Source: Octopus bimaculoides (lineage: Eukaryota). From it: a DNA stretch of 64,000 nucleotides. Below are positions 24,101 to 36,100 of this stretch, one piece after another. The position numbers and the translations under genes are program-made. Within the stretch, counting starts at the first letter, position 1, and every line of letters begins with the position of its first letter. The notes beneath the pieces were generated by a model. The model searched no databases and was not told the origin of the DNA. It worked only from the letters and a program-made list of their open reading frames with translations. The DNA is taken from positions 63,773,456 to 63,837,455 of the forward strand of contig NC_068992.1 of the NCBI RefSeq assembly GCF_001194135.2. Direction: 5' to 3'.

Positions 24101-27062
24101 ATCAACTTCAGTTGGTTGACATATGAGTCGTATCTATAATAATAATTTGATCATTTTTAAGATTACATTGTAATATATTACCTTAAAAAAAAGAAGAAAA
24201 TTAATAGAATAGATTAATTCTAAAATAAAAGATTATTATAAGTCATGCAATTTTGAATGAAGAAGTTATCTGAATATAATATTTAGAAGTTTGATGAATT
24301 GATAGCAATAAAAAAAGGAAATTATCTTCTACTTATTTCAGTCATTAGACTGCAGTCATTAGACTGCAGTCATGCTGGGGCATCGCCTTGAAGGATTTTT
24401 TATCAAACAAATTGACCCCAGTGTTTGTTAAACCAGATACTTATTTTGTCAGTTTCTGCTTTTAAACTACTAAGTTACAGGAATATAAACAAAACAACAC
24501 TGGTTGTCAAGTAGTTGTGGAGAGACAAACAGACACACATTCATATATAGGATTTCACAGTTTCTGTCTACCAAATTATCTCACAAGACATTGGTTGGCC
24601 AAGTTTATAGTAGATGACACTTGCCCAAGGTACCATACAGTGGGACTCAACTGACAATCACATGATTGCAAGGCAAAATCCTTAAGCACATAGCCATGCC
24701 TGTACGTATACGAGAATTAAATTTGTACAAATTTAAAACAGCACCAGGACTTCGTAATATAATGATCCTGCAATACAAAACTAATTAAAGAATAGCAAGA
24801 ATAAGAAATAGGTTTTTCTTTTTCTTTTATGTTTAATTCCTGAAATCAGAAATAAATAATAGAAATATTTCCAACTAACATTATCACCAACAAAAACAGA
24901 GAGTGAGAGAAATGGTCCAAGTAAAGTAAGTTTCTCCATTTCCAGTCCTGTGGTCTTTCTCATTACTTTTGGTAACCAGTTGGATTGGGACACCATCTAA
25001 TGAGACAAAAGAGAAACAAAAACAATATATTTAAAATAAATATTCATTGAGATAATCTATTGAGTTTATCTGAAATTTCTACTGTTAAACCATATAGGTT
25101 AAACCTTTTTGTTACCAACCAGCCTGAGACTACCCTGGATTCTATGACCCAAACTTGCTGTTTTAAAGAGATATGGATTAAAACCTTCCATCAAAATTTC
25201 ATATCATTTTATGTTCCAAACACCAGTTTAATGACAAAGATATTTTACTAAATTCTTCACTATTTTAAAAATTAACTGAAACAAAAGCAGTTTATTTCAA
25301 CAGAAATCTAGTAACAAAAGGGTCGAGGTAGTGAAGTGATAGTCATTAGAGCTTGAAATAGAATATCTTTGTTCTGATATTCAGCGCTTTGAGTTCAAAT
25401 CTCACTAAAGTCAACTGTGCTTTTCATCCTTTCAAGGTTGATTAAAAATGAATTTTAGAAAAAGATACAAATCCAGGGCAGAACTGTAAAAACATCAAAC
25501 CAGATGCCTTGCAGTATTTGTTGCTACACTTTACTTCTGAGTTCAAATCCTTGTATGGTTACTTGGATGGTAGACTTAATCTAACACCTGATTTAACAAC
25601 ACCACTTGGCATTTTTAGTGCCTTTAGCAGCAGAGTTCACCTTGCTGCAATCATTCTGACCAGGTCTTCGGTCAAATGATACCTTTCTGTCTTCTCTCCC
25701 ATTTACTTTAGAGGTGTTGTGATGGGACATGGGCATTGCCCTCCTTACTGACTAAAAATATTTTTTTTAAATAGCCTCATCTACAACTACCAGGTGATGC
25801 CAAGACAAAGAGAGACAAACATACACCCACACATATATAAACTGGCATTCCATTGATTACGACCATTGATGAATGGAACAGCCTGCTCACGAAATTGACA
25901 TGCAAGTGGCTGAGCACTCCACAGATACACGTACCCTTAACGGAGTTCTCAGGGAGATTCAGTGTGACACAGAATGTGACAAGGCTGGCCCTCTTGAATT
26001 ACAGGTACAACTCATTTTTGCTAGCTGAGTGGACTGGAGCAACATGAAATAAACTGTCTTGCTCAAGGACACAACACGCCCCCAGGTATCGAACTCATGA
26101 CCTTATAATCATGAACCAAACACCCTAACCATGAAGCCACACACCCTCACCATACACACACACACACACACACACACACAATGGGCTTCTTTTAGTTTCC
26201 ATCACCAAATCCACACATAAGGTATTGGCTGCCAAGGGTCATGGCAGAAGACACTTGCCCAAGGTGCCACGCAGTGGGACTGAACTTGGAACCATGTGGT
26301 TGAGAAGCAAACTTTTTTAACCACACCAATACATTTAAACATTGTCTACCACAAATTAAAGAGTTTAAAAGGAACCTGTAACTTACCAATGAACAAATAG
26401 GTCGACAGTTGTCCCATTTAATTTCACAGAGTTCTGAGAGAACAGATAATGGTTCCTTGTAGTCATCAGTGTCCAAAGACTGGCATGATATCAATTGGCT
26501 AAGACGGTGAATGATAGGCACAAAAATCTACAAATGGAAATAGTTTTTCATTAGCATCAAGAGAAATGGATTTTTCAGGAAAAATATGGAAAGGTTAATA
26601 TGATAACTGTAAACTAATTATTAAAATTATGTTAATTAACAACAAGATTTATATTGTATGCACACACACACCACCTATGCTGGTGGCATGTAATAAGCAC
26701 CATTCAAGCGTGGGTCGATGCCAGTCCTACTTGACTGGCTCCCTGTACTGGTGGGACGTAAAAAGCACCATGCGAACATGGTCAATGCCAGTTCCGCCTG
26801 ACTGGTTCCCATGCCAGTGACATGTAAAAAAGCACCATCCAAACATGGTCGATACCAGTGCCGCCTGACTGGCTCTCATGCTGGTGGCATGTAAAAAGCA
26901 CCCACTATACTCTCGGAGTGGTTGGCATTAGGAAGGGCATCCAACTGTAGAAACCTTGCCAGATCTGTTTGGATCTTAGTGCGGCCTACTGGCTTGCCAA
27001 TCCTCAATCAAACCGTCCAACCCATGCCAGCATGGAAAGCAGACGTTAAATGATGATGATGA

Positions 27063-27103
<41 letters not shown>

Positions 27104-30100
27104 TATAAACATGTAGGTGGAGAGAGAAGACCAGTATTATATTAGTTTCAAACTCGTTTCATTTATTGAACTGTGACCATACTGGAGCACAGCTTTGAAT
27201 GGTTTTAGTGGCTTATATCAAGTGCAGTATTTATTTTTTTAAAGCCTCGTACTTGATATATATCTATTTCTTGAGCTGCTAAGTCACAGGACTTGGTAAC
27301 ACAGTCACAAAGACAGAGACAGGCAAATACACACATGCAATAGGTTTCTTTCAATTTCCATCTAACAAATGCACTCATAAGGCTTTAATCAACCCAGGGC
27401 TAGAGTAGATGCTTGCCCAAGATACCATACAGTGAGATTGAACCCAAGACCACATGGTTGCAAGGGAAGCTTCTTAACTACACAGCCACATTGATATTTC
27501 ATGTAAAATACCCATCACATGTGAAAACAGACAACTGAATCGAAGAAGCAGAACAACAGAGAAATCAAACAACATGAAGTAAGACATTGGGTGTTGGAAT
27601 CAACACAGAAAAAACAAACAAGAGGAACATTACCTTGTTCAGACTTTCTCTGTCAGGTAAAGTTGAGACAAGAAGTGAGAGGAATCCTCTGGGCAGATTG
27701 TGGGAAAGCAAATATGGCAGTAAAAACAAAGAAGCAGTTTCAGATCTAAGGGAAAGAAAATAAAGAAAAACTGTCATTTAATCAGGATTATAACTTTTGG
27801 GGCTTTTTTGATTCGTTTTCATCTTTTAGTCAGGAAGGAAGGTCATGCCATAACTCTACAGAGAGACCCCAAGGGTGATGGAAAGGAGAAAGGGAATAAA
27901 ATATTCTCAAACCAGAGACATAACACGAACACTGGTAAAGGTGCCCGTGGTACCACCAGTGAAGGTGCCCATGGCACCGCTGGTAAACGTGCCCGTGGTG
28001 CCACTGGTAAACGTGCCCGTGATGCCACTGGTAAACATGCCCAATGTGCCACCGGTAAACATGCCTAGTGTGCCGCCGGTAAACGTGCCCAGTGTGCCAC
28101 CGGTAAACATGCCTAGTGTGCCGCCGGTAAACGTGCCCAGTGTGCCACCGGTAAACATGCCTAGTGTGCCGCCGGTAAACGTGCCCAGTGTGCCACCGGT
28201 AAACATGCCTAGTGTGCCGCCGGTAAACGTGCCCAGTGTGCCACCGGTAAACATGCCCTGTGTGCCGCCGGTAAACGTGCCCAGTGTGCCGCCAGTAAAA
28301 ATGCCCATTGTGCCACCAGTAGAGGTGCACATTGTGCCACTGCTAAAGATGCCCAAAGTGCTAGTGCTGGTGTTAAACCAGGTGACACGTTAAGTCTAGC
28401 ATTCATATAGATCATGATGAGATTGGAACTCAGAATGCAAAGAGTCAGAACAAATACTGCAAAGCAATTACATTCTTTTTTTTTTCCTTTTAATCAATCC
28501 CAAAAGATGAAAGGCAAAGTTAACCTTGGTGGGATTTGAACTTGGAGCTTAGCGAGTTGGAACAAATACCACAAGGCATTCTGTCCACTGCTCTAACTAC
28601 TCTGCCAATACATCATGTAATAATCCTCATGATTCAGACAGAGTTAGTTGAGACAGACTTTTCTACGGCCAGATGCCTTTCCTGGCACCAACCCTCACCT
28701 GTTTCCAAAGCAAGGTAAAATTTCCTTGCGGCTGAACATGTTTTTCATGGAAGCTTGGAAATGATTAACATTGTTTGTATGATGCTCATTTACAACCATC
28801 AAATGATGTTTAGAGAAGGGCACATACATGACAGGCTTCTTTCAGTTTCCATCTACCAAATTCATTCACAAGGCTTTGGTCAACTCAGAGTTATACTAGA
28901 CAACACTTGCCCAAAGTGCCACACAGTGGGATTGAACCAAACACCACACAGTTGGGAAGCTAGCTTCTCAACCACACAGCCACACCTAATGTATTTAAAT
29001 AACCCGCTCTGTAGTTACACAATTTCATTCAGTATTATCTGGGGTTGAAATAAACCTTAATACTGCTCCATAGCAGTTATGTTTTTATCAACAAGCAAAA
29101 TCTAAAATAAACACACACACACACAAATATGAAACATAAATTTCAGAAAGTTTAGGGTGCTTCTGATAACACTGACAATTTGAAGCAAGCTACTACAAAA
29201 GAATAAGAGCTGCTTTAATAAAAACTTACCTATTTTCAAATAGAGTTCCTTGCAGTACAAGAGCCGTGTGATGAACACAAGATAGTCTAGCAATTGACAA
29301 TACATTATTCAAAGGAGGAATACTAGATTTCTACAAAAGAGAAATTCATTTAAAATTATAAAATAGTTTACTAACCATCACAATAAACTCAAAATAAGAC
29401 AGGCTGTAGCTATTCTAACATTCATACAGGATATAGCTGGACTATGTTAACTCTTTAGCACTTAATTTACTCTGTCAAATATAATGCTTATTTTTTCACA
29501 GTTTTGAATTAATTATGCATTATCTCATGGCTTTGAGATTTCAGTGATGTGATCAGATCGGAGCCTGGTGCAGCCTTCTGGCTTGCCAGTCCTCAGTCAA
29601 ACTGCCCAACCCATTTCTGGCTTGCCAGTCCTTAGTCAAACTGCCCAACCCACACCAGCATGGAAAGCAGACGTTAAACAACAATGATGACGATGTGATT
29701 GTTTATTACAGAATAACATTGTAGAGTAGGTTTGAGAGGCAGTATGTAAACATTTTGAACATGAACAAGTAGAATATATGGGTTGGATATGGCCAGTTCA
29801 AATGCTAAAGGGCTAAACACTATGAGAAGCAAATTCAAAGTTGACATGCAATCCTTAAAATCAATATATCTCTTTGAAATGTTTCTTATGACTGTGGTCC
29901 ATGCAGCTGCCCTTATATGGTTGCTAAAGCTGCCAGAAATAGCAGCCAGATCTCTTGCCCTCTTTCAAATCAGAAAGGAAAGTCAACCCCATGATTGCCC
30001 AAGAGTGAAAAATAGAGAATTAAACAAACATGGATATTCAGGAAAATATGAATCTGGAACAAAAATAGGACTTGTGCAAAGAAATACAGAGGAGACAAGA

Positions 30101-33100
30101 AGTGGCTATGGGAAGAGGCAGTGCCAGAAGACATTTGGTACCAAAGTAGGATTGAAGATTCATCAAGGCAACAAGTGTAAGAAGAAGTCAAGGCAACATA
30201 AGTCATTTAACTGTCAAAGAGAAGCAAGTCCTCCCAGGGATCAAACCACAGTGGATCGATAAATGTTCCAGCTGAAGATCCTTCCAAGCAAAAATCATGA
30301 GGTCAAGATGCCTTTTTGCTAGAAGAAATAAATGAAGAAAGCAAAGGTTTTGAGGTCAGCTGCAAATGAGAAGGCCAGTTCCAAAACTTTTGAGGATCAA
30401 ATGCCTGCAAAAAAAATCTAAAAGAGAACTGAAGATCAAATGCCGGTGGTTAGCTACTAGACAGTCAATCCAATAAGCAGAGACTCACATCAGTTAAGTG
30501 GGGCCAGTGCATTGTAAAACCATTGAGAGGATGGCTTCAAAATGGTAAGCATTCTCTCCTAATGACCCCTAAAAACCTACTGGCATTTGGTGCACAGAAG
30601 ATTAAATTGGAAACACTTGCAGAAGCAAGCTGTTGCCAAACACATTAGATCCGATAGAAAAGTTGATCTCAGCTGGAATATCTTTGTCATTAGATCTATT
30701 CAATTGGAGCTGACCGAATCACAATACTTCCAATCACAATGAGGAGTACTTAAAAATTAAGTTATTCTTTCTATACAAATAGCTTCAAAACACAAGATTT
30801 TATGTACTTTTTGGCATTATAAATCAATGTACTATATAGTATAGACATGTAAACATTGAAATATCATTACTATCTTTACAAATCCTGCTGCATTTCACAT
30901 GGAACTTTTAGTCCTCTAAACTTTTTCTAGGTGTATAAGTTGACTTAGCTTTTTTTTTTTTCTTTTTTTTGTTGTAAATTTTCGCCTGAAAAATTCGACT
31001 TGTATCCCAGAAAATACGGTATTTAACTCTGAAATATTTCATGATTTTTGCTACCTTTCAAACAGACAAGATCCAAATTCTAAGATGCTTTAATTGCCAC
31101 AAAGATCAAAGAGTCAAATTACTATTTTCACCCAATAACTATATTAAAACAGTATCATTTGATACTCATTAACAAAACCAATAAATTTATTCCACTTAAC
31201 TCCCTTCAAATCTTTAACTGAAATCTTTAAGCAAGTTTCTCATTAACAATATAACATTAAGTTTAACCCTTCAGCATTCAGATTACTCTATCAAATGTAA
31301 CGCTTATCATTTCACACTGTTTTGAATTAATCATGCATTATCTTGTAACTGAGATTTTTATGTTGTGACAGCTTATATTTAGAATGACATTGCAGGGTAA
31401 GTGTGAGAGGCAAGATCTGGAAGACTTTAACATAAAACAAGGCAGAATATTTGAGCAAGATATAATCAGTTTAAATGCTGAAGGATTAACCATGAGAAAT
31501 GCTAAGAAATATTAACAGACTCAATTTAAAAGATGGAAAAACACAACATTGACTTACTTTGGGGCTAGTTCTTTCTTCAAAAGCTACTCTCTCATAACAA
31601 TCAAGTAAATAGTTAATAAGTTCCACTTCTTTTCTTTTCTGAGGTTGTATTTTGGATGTGAATTTACGTTCTTCATGTTCAGGTGACATTAGTGGACTTA
31701 TACTGAAAGAATAAAAGAATAATGGCCAGAGTAATTTCACAATCAAAACAATCTTCACATAATTACAACATATGTTTCAATATGTACCATACTCTATTGT
31801 GGCATTCCAATGAAGACCATCCCTTCCGTTTTGTGTGTTTGCTTATTTTTTTCAGTCAATGTATTTAGGACTACTTTTACTAGGGATTATATTATACCAT
31901 CTTTCTCATATGGTACACAAGGTAATGAGGGTAATTTGGCTGCTATTTCTGACAAGTTGAGTCACCAGGTAAAGCCTCTCTCATTGGGTTTGTTTCTTGA
32001 CTGGATATGAGGGCAACAGTGTAAAACAAGAGTGTTTTATAGCTGGGTGCACTACTTCTCGGCACCAATGTGAATGAGTAAGTGAGTGAGCAAGAGTGAG
32101 TGAGTGAGTGTGCATGCACACACACACATGTATTAGTCACCTTGCCTTGATGTCATGTGGCACTTGTAAATGAAGGTCACCATCATACAAGTGTTGTTGG
32201 TGGAAGATTTTAATTCAGAACTTTTGAAAACAAGACATTTGTACTACAGAGCCAGAGTTGGTTTCAGCCAGGTTGGTATCAAAAGGGTTAAACAAAAAAC
32301 TATTATTCTTTTCTACTCTAGGTACAAGGCCCAAAATTTGTGGGGAGGTGGCCAGTTGATTAGATCAACCCCAGTACGTAACTGGTACTTAATCTATTGA
32401 CTCCGAAAGGATGGAAAACAAAGCCAACCTCAGTGGAATTTGAACTCAGAATGTAAAGACAGACGAAAAATGATGATTATTATTATTACAACTTTACTCC
32501 CAAAATTTGCTAAAGATATCTTTCTTCATTTACTAACATGCAACAATTCAACTCACCTCACCTCTACTTTTAGTGACTCAGGAAAGAGTTGGAAGTACAG
32601 ACCTCAGTACTAATTTTACTTTGTGTGACAGAGCCAGTGGTACTTACCTACAAGGACTAGAACTATAACTTCGGACTGGAGATACACCATCCACAGCAGT
32701 TTTTAAGGAGTCGATCAGATTTTCTGGACTTGAGTAAATGAGGTGAAGAGTTTCCATGACAATCTGATTGATAATTTCTTTGTAATCTTTCTCTTCTGCA
32801 AGAAATAAAAATAATGTGAAAATTAGACCATGGGAAAATGAGCAATTCAAACAGATTGACTACCCACCTCTTTGACCCCCACTAGATGCAGATCCCTCTG
32901 CAGGAAACTGCTCTGCCTCCCTCTCTCATAGTAATTCCCCTCATCCCCTAGCACAAAGCTAACCCACATCTCCACCTCCTCCAGTGGTGCTGTTGTGCAT
33001 TCCAGCAGTGTGAAAAACCAAAAATGTCTGAATGTGTGCATGTGTGTGTGTTTGAAATCATGGCTAGTTATTGGTATACAAACTCTCCATGAAATTACTG

Positions 33101-36100
33101 ATTCTAGCTTTGTTATCTTCACACATGAGCATGCACATTAAAATGATGATGAACATACGAACAACAATAACTTTTAATATTAATGAGCTCTTACTTTCAT
33201 TGAAAGCTTCAGCAAGACAAGGTATATGCAATGTCCCAGGATCTCTCTGTTCCCGCCAGGAGACAAGAAATATTCTGATTATGGAGTTCAAGACTTGTGT
33301 TTCTGTAGCTTCTGAACCAATGCTAGCATCCTAGAAAAAAAAATGGTAAAAAAAAATGGTAAAAAAAAATGCTTTTTAAACAATTTAAAAACAATTTAAA
33401 AAATCCTTAAACAATTTAAAACAAGAAAACAAATCAGGGTAGATAAGGAAGACGAAGCGCAAGGGTCATTAAAACTCAGGAAAAGTTAGAGATTACCCTT
33501 TAGATATAATAAACCCATCTCTCCAACCATGTTCACTCACTATATTCCCCACCCCTTCCAGCGACCAGTCTCCTTTCATAATCTCACATACTTACCTACC
33601 CACTTGTCCTATCCAGTCCTCTCTACCAATTCACTTAAAGATACCACCTTGTAACTTGAGGGTACACCCTAAACACCGCCTTGTAACTTGAGGGTACACC
33701 CTAAACACCGCCTTGTAACTTGAGGGTACACCCTAAACACTGCCTTGTAACTTGAGGGTACACCCTAAACACTGCCTTGTAACTTGAGGGTACATCCTAA
33801 ACACTGCCTTGTAACTTGAGGGTACACCCTAAACACTGCCTTGTAACTTGAGGGTACATCCTAAACACTGCTTTGTAACATGAGGGTACACCCTAAACAC
33901 TGCCTTGTAACATGAGGGTACATCCTAAACACTGCCTTGTAACATGAGGGTACATCCTAAACACTGCCTTGTAACTTGAGAGCACATCCTGATACACCTT
34001 CAGCATTCCTGCACCTCTTTCTCCAACTAAGGTATCTCCTCTACAGCAAGACACCCATTTCAATCCCTATATCATACTCTAACCTCTCATCACAAGCAGA
34101 AAGCCACCTCCCCAAATACTACTACTCCTGCTGTTGAGGGGTCTTGCCTTGCAAGTCACTTGGTAGCCTCACCGGTGCTGGTGCCACACAAAAAGAGGTT
34201 GGCATTAGGAAGGGCATCCAATTGTAGACACCATGCCAAAGCAGACAGTAGAGCTTAGCACAGTCATCTGGCTCACCAGCTGCTTTACAAACGTCCAACC
34301 CATGCCAGCATGGAAAACATACATTAGATGATGATGCTGATAAGATATAGTGCAGTCCTATCCAAATGATGCCAGTGTAAACTTAAAAGACCAGCCAATT
34401 CATGTCCTTTTAACATTTTTATAAAAATACTCATAAGACAGGCACAAGGTCACAGATGCAGGGAAATGGTTGACCGACACTTTCTTTTATTGAATCTCAA
34501 AGGCTGGTAGGCAGGCATAGTTGACTTCAAAGGAATTTGAACTCAGAACAAAGGCACAGGAATACTGATGAGGTGCTTTAATTCATCTTTCTCACTGAAC
34601 TCGTCCTGCCGCAGCAACCATTACTCACCAACTGCCACCGATACTTGTCCAACCATTCAGTCCTCTGCAACCCACCATTGACACACACCAATCGATACTG
34701 AAGAAAGGACTTAATATTCATTGCCAGTTAAGAGAGACAGACAGAGATAGAGAGAGGGGAGACAGAGACAGAGATAGAGACAGGGAGAGGGGGAGAAAAA
34801 AAGAGACAGACAGGAGGAAGAGGATGTAGAGGAGAGAGGAAGAAACAGAGAAGGGAGAGAGAGAGAAAGGAGGAGGAAGAAAGGAGAAAAGAGAGAATGA
34901 CAGACAGACAGACAGACAAGTCAATCAAGAGAGAGAAGGATAGAATGAGAGAGACACACGCAGACAAGAGAGAGAGAGAGAGGGAGAATATCAACTTACA
35001 CGTTTTCTTTTATGTTCAATCCTATCACTGTCGTCAACTTCCATTGTTTCAATACCAGAATCAACATCAACCTGAGAATGATTACTGAAACACAAAGAAA
35101 GGCAGGCAAAGGTGAAGCCTTAGATTATTGCATACACCAGAATAGATCAGATTTCACCAGGACTTCCAAAGTATTCCAGCTTCATTTGTGGTGTCAGAAT
35201 AGTTTGGCTAATTGACCTGCTAACCTACAGGTCAGAAAGCTTTGGATTGTGTTCATTTGTGGAATGGTTTAACGACAGGCTACCAGACAGACAGCTCACC
35301 AAAGGTTACCATGCAGTTAAGGACAAGAGTGGTACTGGGCAGCTACGGACAGTAGCAGCACCGGGCAACTACAGATAGCTGCAGTACCAGGCAGCTAAGG
35401 ACAGTGGCAGTACCAGACCAGCTATGGATGGTGGCACTACCAAACAGCAGGTACTAAATAGATACAAACAACATGCACAAGTTACATTATTTACATTTGA
35501 TGGATATTTGTCCTCATCTTGTTTGCTGTTAACACAATATTTCGGCTGATATACCCTCCAGCCTTCATCAGGTGTCTTGGAGAAATTTCAAGTCTGGTTC
35601 TCATTCCTAAGGTATTTTTTGATGTTGTTGTTGTTATTAATATTATTATTATTCAGGTCACTGCCTGGAATCGAACTCGGAATCTTGGGGTTAGTAGCCT
35701 GTGCTCTTAACCACTACGCCATATGCCCATCAACAACATCGAAAAATACCTTAGGAATAAAAACCCAGGTTCGAAATTTCCCCAAGACATCTGATGAAGG
35801 CTAACAACAAACAAGATGAGAACAAATATCCGTCAAATGTAAATAATGTTATTAATGTACATAATTCCTCATCTCTTAAATATAGAACTGAACTTCTGGG
35901 AAGAATTCCATTTACACCATTCTAACTAAGGAGAGATTTAAATCTCAGCTCTTCAATAGAGACAAATTCCTGTCCTGAAGAGCTACGGACAGAATAAGGC
36001 TGCTTTTACTATGCAATAACTCTAAAGCCAGCCATTTATATGTGGTGTCATTGTATCAATAATTTAATATTTTTGAAGATATTCATGTCAAAAATGGTCA

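Noticed and set aside
27830-28393. Repetitive ORFs ([24 protein letters not shown]) resembling structural proteins
   Set aside because: These are by-products of a 24-bp stop-free unit in several frames, with no plausible splice sites or context.
33648-33998. CRISPR-like 32-bp palindromic repeats
   Set aside because: The units are directly adjacent with no unique spacers, the context is a eukaryotic intron, and there are no cas genes. It is a minisatellite.
35072-35073. Internal AG just before VDVDSG as the exon acceptor
   Set aside because: It would be phase 0, but the upstream exon ends in phase 2. The acceptor at 35085-35086 fits and gives [11 protein letters not shown].
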